From the IMG/VR virus record IMGVR_UViG_3300045988_171564: a stretch of DNA of 55,901 nt. One strand, given 5' to 3'. Origin of the DNA: a virus. The notes under the pieces are model-generated. The model was not told where the DNA came from. It saw only the letters and a program-made list of their open reading frames with translations, and searched no databases. A program made the translations under genes and the position numbers. Positions 41,314 through 48,734 of this stretch are shown piece by piece. The first letter of the stretch is position 1. Each line of letters opens with the position of its first letter.

Positions 41314-41958
41314 TCACGGCTGTTCTCCTTGCGCGTGCTCAGCGATGTTCGCGCTGCCGTATACTTCAGCGAACTCATGCACCTCGGCGTTGCCGTATAC
41401 GCGGGCGTTGCCGTATACGGCCGCGCACCCGTGTATAGTGGCGTTGCCGTAAACCTCAGCACCGTCGTATACGCAGGCGCTGCCGTATACGCGGGCACCG
41501 TCGTATACGCAGGCGTTGCCTTCCACCTCGGTGTATTCATGCACCTCGGCGTTGCCGTAAACCTCAGCATTGCCGTATACGCAGGCGCTGCCGTATACGC
41601 GGGCACCGTCGTATACGCAGGCGTTGCCGTATACTTCAGCGAACTCATGCACCTCGGCGTTGCCGTAAACCTCAGCATCGCCGTATACGCAGGCGTTGCC
41701 GTATACGCGGGCGCTGCCGTATACGCAAGCACCGTCGTATACGCGGGCGTTGCCGTATACGCAAGCACCGTCGTATACGCGGGCGTTGCCGTATACCCAG
41801 GCGCTGCCGTCCTGGCTAAGGCAGGTATCATCTTCAATCCACCCGCCCACGTCGCCCGCGTGAACGTCGCCAAAATCACGCAAGGCCTTGACTCTGTAAA
41901 AAGTATGGCCGATGGTATGCGCGTTGTTCGCATCGACCAACTCATATTTTCTTGGCAT
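41314..41958 (-). CDS. Beta-helix-type hexad-repeat protein, paralog B
   Basis: MPRKYELV..FYRVKALRDFGDVHAGDVGGWIE, then about 27 hexads (ARVYDG ACVYGN ...). The DNA shows an 18-bp periodicity. Confidence 0.7.
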   Translation of the reverse strand: MPRKYELVDANNAHTIGHTFYRVKALRDFGDVHAGDVGGWIEDDTCLSQDGSAWVYGNARVYDGACVYGNARVYDGACVYGSARVYGNACVYGDAEVYGNAEVHEFAEVYGNACVYDGARVYGSACVYGNAEVYGNAEVHEYTEVEGNACVYDGARVYGSACVYDGAEVYGNATIHGCAAVYGNARVYGNAEVHEFAEVYGSANIAEHAQGEQP

Positions 41959-41983
41959 AAATGATATACCTCCATGCGGTAAT

Positions 41984-42060
41984 TCGGTTTCCCGTGACGC
42001 GGCGGCGTATTGCCGCCGCGTTTCGGCCTGTTACCGGCAGGCCATCATCAGACGGGCCAA
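41984..42060 (-). ncRNA. Hammerhead ribozyme (type I topology), copy 1
   Basis: Minus strand reads UUGGCCCGU-CUGAUGA-U-GGCCUG(CCGGUAA)CAGGCC-GAA-ACGCGGCGGC(AAUAC)GCCGCCGCGU-C|ACGGG-AAA-CCGA. The full conserved core and three stems are present. Confidence 0.8.
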
Positions 42061-42704
42061 GGGCGCAGACCCAGCGCATAAGCCGCGCCGGCTCCGCAGG
42101 CGGCAACGTCCAGCCTGCCGCAATCGCAGACCTCGGCACTGCTGTCCGCATCTTGCTGCTCCCACTCTAGCAGCTCGTCGCGGTTCAGGTCTACAAGCTC
42201 CCAGTCCTGCCACGCGTCCGCGTCCGCGTGGAGTTCCAGCAGCGCGTTTAGGAGCTGGCCCTCGGGCGATTGCTCCCAGCCCGCGACTACTGCGACTGGC
42301 GTGCCAGCACAGTCGCAGATGTACAGGCGGACAAACCCGCCGTTGTCCTCGTATACCCTATATCGGGTATCGGATGTAAGCATACCGGCGTCCTCAGCCA
42401 GCAGGGCAACCCTACCGGCGGCGGCGTCCATAAGCTCGTCAACGTAGTCGTAGTCGTCGGGGTCAAGTCCTGCCGCCTCGGCGATTTTGTCGTAGGCATC
42501 CGGCTCCAGGCAATCCCACGCGGGCGCGGCGTCTGCGACCCTGTAGAGGTCGTAGGCGCTGAGGCGTTCAAGCCCCTCAAAAGTTCCGTCGCGGTCATGC
42601 GTGTCGCGCGCTGTCTGATCCAGCGCGTCGCCGTCCTTTATGTGACGCCAGGTATCGGCGTCGATGGTAGCTAGCTTGGTAGAGTCGATGTAGTAGCTTG
42701 CCAT
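42048..42704 (-). CDS. Strongly acidic 218-aa protein (DNA-mimic / antirestriction candidate)
   Basis: Asp/Glu-rich throughout (DPDDYDYVDELMD, ELLEWEQQDADSS). Its stop codon UGA lies inside the hammerhead CUGAUGA core. Confidence 0.55.
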   Translation of the reverse strand: MASYYIDSTKLATIDADTWRHIKDGDALDQTARDTHDRDGTFEGLERLSAYDLYRVADAAPAWDCLEPDAYDKIAEAAGLDPDDYDYVDELMDAAAGRVALLAEDAGMLTSDTRYRVYEDNGGFVRLYICDCAGTPVAVVAGWEQSPEGQLLNALLELHADADAWQDWELVDLNRDELLEWEQQDADSSAEVCDCGRLDVAACGAGAAYALGLRPWPV

Positions 42705-42764
42705 TTTTTTGTACCTCCTTTTTTTCCCCTCTTAATTCATCCGCGCGCCGTATGGCGCGCTATG

Positions 42765-43274
42765 TTATACCGTGGCCATCGCGCCGCTGTGGGCGCTGTA
42801 CATCTGGCTACCATACTTAGCGCGTATGGTAGCCATGTCAACCTGACGACGGCTATATGCGCCGCCGTCGTCAGCCGCGTGCCAGTACCACGCCTTTTTA
42901 GTGCCGCTCCAGCGGCACCCCAGCGCTTTTAGTGCGGCGCGGTGCTGGTATGTGTCGCCGGTTATCCATAGCCAGCGGCCACACAATTCAATTTCCAGCC
43001 CCGCCAGTTTGAGCAGGGCCAGAAGCGTGTCTCGCCAGGCGGTCGCCTCATATGCGCTTGCGGCGGCGTCATACTCGCGCGCGCCCGAACTCGCCGCGCG
43101 GTGCTCTGTGCGCGCTATACGCGCGACGGCTTCATCGTAGGCGTTGTTGAGCGCCTTCATGGCGGCCTCACTGCCGCCGGGGCAGTCAGGATGACACTTG
43201 ACTGCCAAGCGGCGATATGCCTTTTTGAGGTCGTCCATCGTCTTGATGGGCGCGAATATTGCGTTAAAGTTCAT
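42765..43274 (-). CDS. J-domain (DnaJ-like) protein with an uncharacterised C-terminal domain
   Basis: LKKAYRRLAVKCHPDCPGGSEAAMKALNNAYDEA carries the HPD motif. C-term CGRWLWITGDTYQHRAALKALGCRWSGTKKAWYWH. Confidence 0.75.
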   Translation of the reverse strand: MNFNAIFAPIKTMDDLKKAYRRLAVKCHPDCPGGSEAAMKALNNAYDEAVARIARTEHRAASSGAREYDAAASAYEATAWRDTLLALLKLAGLEIELCGRWLWITGDTYQHRAALKALGCRWSGTKKAWYWHAADDGGAYSRRQVDMATIRAKYGSQMYSAHSGAMATV

Positions 43275-43293
43275 GCTCTTTATATACCCCTGT

Positions 43294-43378
43294 GATAATA
43301 TTCGGTTTCCCGTGACGCTCCGTGCTGGAGCGTTTCGGCGCGTGACCAGCGCGCCATCGTCAGACGGGCGATATAATC
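43294..43378 (-). ncRNA. Hammerhead ribozyme (type I topology), copy 2
   Basis: Minus strand reads ..UCGCCCGU-CUGACGA-U-GGCGCG(CUGGUCA)CGCGCC-GAA-ACGCUCC(AGCAC)GGAGCGU-C|ACGGG-AAA-CCGAAUAUUAUC. Stems II and III differ from copy 1 but remain paired. Confidence 0.8.
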
Positions 43379-43409
43379 AGCGCGTAAAAGCCATTTCGAC
43401 CGCCCCGCT

Positions 43410-43745
43410 CTAAGCAATTTTAATGCCGTGCAAGGCGCATGTGAGCATGATTTGCTCTTGCATTGCAAACCCGCAATGCAGATTCGGGCAGATGGACTCT
43501 ATTAAGTCCAACACGCCCGGCTCTTTTGACGGGTAGGCGCTCATGCGCAAACCGTCGGCGGCAAGTAACACTTGCTCAATCCCGGCCGCGTATGCCTTGA
43601 TTTTGGCCTCGTTGGCCTGCATCAATTCGTGCAGGCCGTTCGAACCGCAAACATTGTTGCTTGCAAAAGCTTCATCCACGACTGCCGCCTTTGCAATATA
43701 CTTCGACAGCCCTTTTATGGTTTTGAATTTTACTTTTGCTTTCAT
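43410..43745 (-). CDS. Hypothetical 111-aa protein (first gene of the minus-strand module)
   Basis: SD AGGAGGGAAAAG precedes ATG 43745. Confidence 0.55.
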   Translation of the reverse strand: MKAKVKFKTIKGLSKYIAKAAVVDEAFASNNVCGSNGLHELMQANEAKIKAYAAGIEQVLLAADGLRMSAYPSKEPGVLDLIESICPNLHCGFAMQEQIMLTCALHGIKIA

Positions 43746-43909
43746 CTTTTCCCTCCTCTTATATATATAGTAATTATTACTGAGGTATTCCTATAGTATT
43801 GTGGTGTGTATGGGAGAGCGGATTTTTATTGAGCGGGACAAAATTGACCCGGTTCTTTATCCGCCCGCGCCGCATGTCATATTTGCGGCGTTCCCCTGAC
43901 CACATGCTT

Positions 43910-43938
43910 ATTATACCACATTTGCATGATTATGTCAA
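43910..43938 (-). promoter_or_regulatory. Consensus sigma-70-type promoter of the minus-strand module
   Basis: Minus strand reads TTGACA (43938-43933), 17-nt spacer, TATAAT (43915-43910). The leader to ATG 43745 is about 155 nt. Confidence 0.7.
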
Positions 43939-43978
43939 GCGTTTCGGACGGTCTTTTTTCGCTTTTTGGCTACTTTTT

Positions 43979-44004
43979 TTGCACAAATGCGGGCTTTTGT
44001 GCAA
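43979..44004. promoter_or_regulatory. 9-bp inverted repeat, candidate operator between the divergent promoters
   Basis: TTGCACAAA-tgcgggct-TTTGTGCAA. Confidence 0.4.
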
Positions 44005-44063
44005 TGATACAACATGTTCAATTTGCTCATACATTTCATGATCAAGTTTATCACGCCCACGCG

Positions 44064-44321
44064 CCCCCCCCTCACCCGGTGCACTGTATGGCCTCTTGCG
44101 CCCTTGCACGTCCCTTGTACGTCCTTGTACGCCTTTACGCGCCTCTTAGCTGGCCGCGTCTTAGCCGCTTGCACCCGGCGAGGCGTGCGCCCCTTAGCTG
44201 GCCGCGTCGCTTGCCCTCAGTCGCTTTTATGCACGCGCCCCCCGGCGGCTATGCGTCTGACTGCCTGACTGCCCCCCGTGGGGATATGGCCAATTAGCTG
44301 TCCCCCCCCGGTTAGCCCCCC
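44064..44321. repeat. C-rich region with poly-C tracts and 16-bp direct repeats (candidate res / pac / structured DNA)
   Basis: C8 at 44064-44071 and 44302-44309. C6 runs at 44238, 44272 and 44316. CTTAGCTGGCCGCGTC at 44145-44160 and 44193-44208. CCTTGTACG occurs twice. Confidence 0.6.
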
Positions 44322-44340
44322 GACCACATTCAAAAAAATA

Positions 44341-44369
44341 TTGACATTACCACACACACATGATATAAT
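44341..44369 (+). promoter_or_regulatory. Consensus promoter for the HTH and recombinase genes
   Basis: TTGACA (44341-44346), 17-nt spacer, TATAAT (44364-44369). Confidence 0.7.
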
Positions 44370-44386
44370 GTATATGAGGTGAGACG

Positions 44387-44728
44387 ATGGCTACGAAATC
44401 TAAAAACGAGATGCAGACTTTAAGCTCGAAAGATGCTATAAGGGCATTGTGTTCTTTGCGAAAATGGACGCAAGCTGATCTTGCTTATGAAATGGGATAT
44501 GCGAGCCAAGCAGGCGTTGGACAGATGCTTAGTGATAGACAGAACTCCAAAAAAGGTATGTCGCTATCGACGTATGAAAAGGCTCTTGAAGCCCTAGGCG
44601 CTGAATTGATAGTCCGTGACAAGATGGGCAGCGGGAAGGAGTGGAAGATAGATGATTTACTTTTACGCGAGAGTGTCGACGGTGGAGCAAAATCTAGCAA
44701 GGCAGATAGAAGCAGCGAAGAAGTATAA
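44387..44728 (+). CDS. XRE-like HTH regulator
   Basis: LRKWTQADLAYEMGYASQAGVGQMLS HTH. Overlaps the recombinase start by 77 nt. Confidence 0.6.
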   Translation: MATKSKNEMQTLSSKDAIRALCSLRKWTQADLAYEMGYASQAGVGQMLSDRQNSKKGMSLSTYEKALEALGAELIVRDKMGSGKEWKIDDLLLRESVDGGAKSSKADRSSEEV

Positions 44729-45254
44729 AGGCGTTGACGAAATCTTTTCCGACAAGATGAGCGGAAAGAACTTTAACAGAGTAGAGTATCAGCGCATGAA
44801 GTCGATGCTTCAGAAGGGCGACGAAGTAGTTGTGAAATCGCTTGACCGTCTGGGCAGAGATAAGAACCTTGTGAAAGATGAAATCCAGTGGTTCAAAGAG
44901 CATGGTGTGAAACTGAGGATACTGGACATACCGACGACGCTCATTGAGATGGACGGTCAGGAATGGGTAGGCGATATGGTAACGAACATACTGATCGAGG
45001 TCATGGCGAGCGTTGCGGAGCAGGAGCGCATGATGATAAGAGAGCGTCAGCGCGAGGGGATAGAAGCCAAGCGTAAATCGGGGACATGGGACGAATACGG
45101 GCGGCCAAAGAAGAATACGGACGGGATAGAAGATTACTGGCTGGCGTATAAGTCAGGCGAAATGACGCGGGAGGATTGCTGTAAGGCGTTGGGCATATCT
45201 TCAAGGACACTGTATAATCGCGCAAAGGAACTTAACTTGATGATGGCGAACTAA
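44652..45254 (+). CDS. Small serine recombinase (resolvase/invertase family)
   Basis: MIYFYARVSTVEQNLARQ (catalytic Ser motif), VVKSLDRLGRD, and a C-terminal HTH EDCCKALGISSRTLYNRAKE. 200 aa. Confidence 0.85.
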   Translation: MIYFYARVSTVEQNLARQIEAAKKYKGVDEIFSDKMSGKNFNRVEYQRMKSMLQKGDEVVVKSLDRLGRDKNLVKDEIQWFKEHGVKLRILDIPTTLIEMDGQEWVGDMVTNILIEVMASVAEQERMMIRERQREGIEAKRKSGTWDEYGRPKKNTDGIEDYWLAYKSGEMTREDCCKALGISSRTLYNRAKELNLMMAN

Positions 45255-45269
45255 GACGATTTGGAGGGA

Positions 45270-45419
45270 ATGGATATGTTTTACGTGCTGTTCAAGATAC
45301 TGTTTTGGCCGTTCTGGTTTCCGATTGCGGTCATCCGCTGGCTGTTTGAGTTCATGTTCATGCCGCCGGGGCATAGAAGAAACCGTGTTGACATGTACCA
45401 TCATTTTCGCAGGTGGTAA
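45270..45419 (+). CDS. Possible 49-aa membrane peptide
   Basis: GGAGGG SD. MDMFYVLFKILFWPFWFPIAVIRWLFEFMFMPPGH. Confidence 0.4.
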   Translation: MDMFYVLFKILFWPFWFPIAVIRWLFEFMFMPPGHRRNRVDMYHHFRRW

Positions 45420-45455
45420 ACTGAATAGTTAACGTCTGCATAAACGGGTGCAGAT

Positions 45456-45511
45456 AAGAGCCGATTGGGGCTTTGCTTTTATAAGCATTGCTTTGATCGG
45501 CTCTTTTTTTG
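45456..45511 (+). terminator. Rho-independent terminator
   Basis: AAGAGCCGAT...ATCGGCTCTT followed by TTTTTT. A second hairpin TCTGCA..TGCAGA lies just upstream. Confidence 0.65.
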
Positions 45512-45533
45512 TTAAAAAAAGGGAGGGAGAAAA

Positions 45534-47192
45534 ATGGACTATGAGCGACTTGTGAGCCGCATATTTGACGTAATCCAGGAAAAGCCGCTGGATGCGGGCG
45601 CATATGAGGACGTGCTGAATGTCTGCAAGGATATGAAAAAAAACGGCCTTTTAGGAAGGGCGCACGAGATTAATACCCAGATGCGCAATATCATTGTGCG
45701 CAACACAATCGGCGCAAAAAATGAGCTGTTTAAGCCGTATAAATCGAGCCTGCTGTTTGATGCTGACGTATCGCTGGACGCATACATGCTGTACCTTGAG
45801 ATAGAGCGCCCGCCTGCCGAAAGGTTTTATCAGCCGCGCCGCCGCGTACTGCTGGACGCGGTGCAGATGATGCAGGATTTGGCCGACGGCAAGTTGAACG
45901 AGGCGTTTATAAGCTGTCCGCCGCGAGTTGGCAAGACTACGCTGCTTATGTTCTTGACCACATGGTTGTTGGGGCGCAACAGTGAACAGGCTAATTTGTA
46001 TTCGGCCTACTCGGACGTTATCACGAATGCGTTTTATCAAGGCGTGCTGGAGATAATCACTGACCCGCATACATACCTTTGGAGCGACGTATTCCCGAAC
46101 AGTAAGATTGTGCAGACCAACGCCTCAAGCGAGACGATAAACCTTGACCGTAAAAAGCGTTACCCGTCGCTGACCTGCCGGTCACTGTACGGCACGCTGA
46201 ACGGCGCGTGCGATTGCAGCGGCTTTCTGATTTCGGACGACCTTATAGGCGGCATCGAGGAGGCCTTGAGCCACGACCGCATGATGAGTGCGTGGCTCAA
46301 GGTGGACAATAACCTGATAACCCGCGCAAAGAGCGATGCGCGCATACTCTGGTGCGGTACAAGATGGTCGATGATTGACCCAGCAGGGCTAAGGATGGAG
46401 CTGCTGACCAACGATAAGCGTTTCAAAAAGCGCAAGTACAAAATAATCAACATGCCCGCGCTTGATGACAAGGGCAACAGCAACTTCAATTACGACTACA
46501 ACGTCGGGTTCAGCACGGAGTACTACATGCAAAGGCGCGCGTCGTTCGAGCGAAACGGCGATATAGCGTCGTGGAACGCCCAGTACATGGGACAGCCGGT
46601 AGAACGCGACGGCACGCTGTTCGAGCCTGAAAACATGCGCTTTTTCAACGGCTCTTTGCCTGGCGGCGACCCTGACCGCGCATTTATGGCCGTTGACCCG
46701 GCATACGGCGGTTCCGACTTTGTAGCAAGCCCGGTATGCTACCAGTACGGCGAAGACGTATACGTTGTTGACGTGGTTTATAGTTCCAGCGATAAGCGGA
46801 CTACACAGCCACTGCTTGCAGCCGTAGCCCAGAAATACGGCATACAGCGAATGCAAATCGAAGCCAATAAGACCACGGAGGCGTTCAAGGACGGCGTTGA
46901 GGAAGAACTCAAAAAGCGCGGCTATCACGTTACGCTGACCACCAAACCCGCGCCGCCCATCACATCGAAGGAAAACCGCATACGAGATCGCGCGCCGGAT
47001 ATACGCATTCACTTTCTGTTTCTGGAAGATGGACAGCGTTCAAAGGCATATAGTTTGTTTATGCAAAACGTGTATTCGTTTAAGCTTATAGGCAAGAACA
47101 AACACGACGACGCGCCCGATTCGCTGGCAATGGCCGCAGACATGGCGTTTGGCATACAGCGGCGCGTCGCAATATTCCGGCGCATGTTCTGA
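45534..47192 (+). CDS. terL: Terminase large subunit
   Basis: Walker A-like ISCPPRVGKTTLLMF. ATPase plus nuclease-sized 552-aa ORF directly upstream of the portal gene. Confidence 0.8.
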   Translation: MDYERLVSRIFDVIQEKPLDAGAYEDVLNVCKDMKKNGLLGRAHEINTQMRNIIVRNTIGAKNELFKPYKSSLLFDADVSLDAYMLYLEIERPPAERFYQPRRRVLLDAVQMMQDLADGKLNEAFISCPPRVGKTTLLMFLTTWLLGRNSEQANLYSAYSDVITNAFYQGVLEIITDPHTYLWSDVFPNSKIVQTNASSETINLDRKKRYPSLTCRSLYGTLNGACDCSGFLISDDLIGGIEEALSHDRMMSAWLKVDNNLITRAKSDARILWCGTRWSMIDPAGLRMELLTNDKRFKKRKYKIINMPALDDKGNSNFNYDYNVGFSTEYYMQRRASFERNGDIASWNAQYMGQPVERDGTLFEPENMRFFNGSLPGGDPDRAFMAVDPAYGGSDFVASPVCYQYGEDVYVVDVVYSSSDKRTTQPLLAAVAQKYGIQRMQIEANKTTEAFKDGVEEELKKRGYHVTLTTKPAPPITSKENRIRDRAPDIRIHFLFLEDGQRSKAYSLFMQNVYSFKLIGKNKHDDAPDSLAMAADMAFGIQRRVAIFRRMF

Positions 47193-47279
47193 ATGCGTAC
47201 ATTTGTTCGTTGCAATCGACCGTTCGTTGTGAGAACATAATAATGGCATATAATAAATGGCGATTGGAGATGAAGCGCG

Positions 47280-48734
47280 ATGCAGTTTGACGGCGAACCG
47301 GCCATGTTTGGCCGCAGAGCGATATACACCGACGAACGGGTTATCAGCCGTCAGAACGTGCTGGACGTGCTGAATCAGGCGATGATAGTTCATTCGCAGA
47401 ACCGCGCGGAGATCGCGTTTCTGTACGACTACTATCGTGGGAATCAGCCGGTGCTTCATCGCAAGAAGGAAATACGCGCCGAGATTAACAACCGGATTGT
47501 CGAGAACCACGCGAACGAGATCGTGAGCTTCAAAGTTGGCTATCTCATGGGCGAGCCCGTACAGTACGTAAGCCGCGACGCTGATGACAGCGCCGATGCT
47601 GAAGCGCTCAATAAGCTGAATCGGTACATGTACGCCAACAATAAGGCGGCGCTTGATAAAGAGCTGGCCGACTGGTTTTCGATATGCGGTGTCGCCTATC
47701 GCATGGTGCTGCCGTCAAACGACAGCGAAATTGACGACGCGCCATTTACGCTGTACACGCTGAACCCCATGCGGACGTTCGTCGTTTTCTGGTCTGGACT
47801 GGGCAATGAACCCGTTATGGGCGTGTACGTGGTTAGCCGCCAGAACGGCAGCGAACTGTATTGCGTGTACACCAAAGACCGATACTTTGAGATCGAGAAC
47901 GGCTCCATTGTGTCCGAAACGCCGCATTCGCTGGGCGCGGTGCCCATAGTTGAATACGAGGCCAACATGGCGCGACAGGGCGCATTTGAAATCGTGCTTC
48001 CCATGCTGGACGCAATCAACACCATTGCTTCAAACCGCGCGGACGGTCTGGAACAGTTCGTCCAAGCGCTGCTAGTTTTGAAAAATGTGGACGTTGACAG
48101 CGACCAGTACAAGGAACTGCTCAGACAAGGCGGCCTTCTCGTGCCGTCGGACGGCGATGCAAAGTATCTGACGCAGGAACTCAACCAGACGCAGACGCAG
48201 ACGCTTGTAGATTACATGTACCAAACGGTGCTGACGATATGCGGTATGCCGTCCACGAGCGGCGGCAATACGTCGGATTCGTCCAACAACGGCGCTGTAA
48301 TCCTGAAAAACGGCTGGCAGTCGGCAGAAGCCCGTGCCAAAGACACGGAGTTGCTTTTCAAAAAGAGCGAAAGACGCTTTTTGAAAATCGCGATGAGCAT
48401 AGCCAACATAGTTGCGGACGATGACTTCAACGCGTCTTCTATCGAGATTCGCTTCACGCGCCGCAATTATGAGAACCTTCAGGAAAAAGCGCAGGTGCTT
48501 TTGCAAATGCTGTCCAGTGATAAGATTCATCCCCGGCTCGCATTTGCACATTGCGGCATGTTCGCCGACCCTGAGGTTGCATATACCGCGAGCATGGAGT
48601 ACGAGAAGCAGCGGCAGGCCGAAGCGGAGGCCGAACTGGAGGAATACCGCAAGCAGGTAGGCCAGAGTTCGGAACGGAACACGTCGGTTGAGGAAATAGT
48701 CACTAAACGCGACGATGGCGGCGGCGGTGACTGA
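47280..48734 (+). CDS. Portal protein (SPP1 gp6-like)
   Basis: 484 aa. NRIVENHANEIVSFKVGYLMGEPVQY region. Acidic C-terminus. Lies between terL and the Mu F-like gene. Confidence 0.8.
   Translation: MQFDGEPAMFGRRAIYTDERVISRQNVLDVLNQAMIVHSQNRAEIAFLYDYYRGNQPVLHRKKEIRAEINNRIVENHANEIVSFKVGYLMGEPVQYVSRDADDSADAEALNKLNRYMYANNKAALDKELADWFSICGVAYRMVLPSNDSEIDDAPFTLYTLNPMRTFVVFWSGLGNEPVMGVYVVSRQNGSELYCVYTKDRYFEIENGSIVSETPHSLGAVPIVEYEANMARQGAFEIVLPMLDAINTIASNRADGLEQFVQALLVLKNVDVDSDQYKELLRQGGLLVPSDGDAKYLTQELNQTQTQTLVDYMYQTVLTICGMPSTSGGNTSDSSNNGAVILKNGWQSAEARAKDTELLFKKSERRFLKIAMSIANIVADDDFNASSIEIRFTRRNYENLQEKAQVLLQMLSSDKIHPRLAFAHCGMFADPEVAYTASMEYEKQRQAEAEAELEEYRKQVGQSSERNTSVEEIVTKRDDGGGGD

Noticed and set aside
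41335-41810. Regular short repeat ladder that could be mistaken for a CRISPR array or a satellite
   Set aside because: The period is 18 bp with no unique spacers. It lies entirely inside ORF 41314..41958, where it encodes the xVYGxA hexad repeats. No cas genes are present.
39239-41964. Plus-strand ORFs 39239..40105 (288 aa) and 41089..41964 (291 aa) with V/A/Y-rich repeats
   Set aside because: They are mirror-frame artefacts of the hexad-repeat genes on the minus strand. The minus-strand versions have SD sites, conserved non-repeat N-termini and operon context.
44652-45254. Serine recombinase as a chromosomal integrase, or as an invertase flipping the adjacent minus-strand block or fibre genes
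   Set aside because: It is only 200 aa (resolvase/invertase size, not a large serine integrase). No inverted crossover-site pair could be found flanking 36.4-43.9 kb or the fibre modules. A resolvase role is favoured but unproven.
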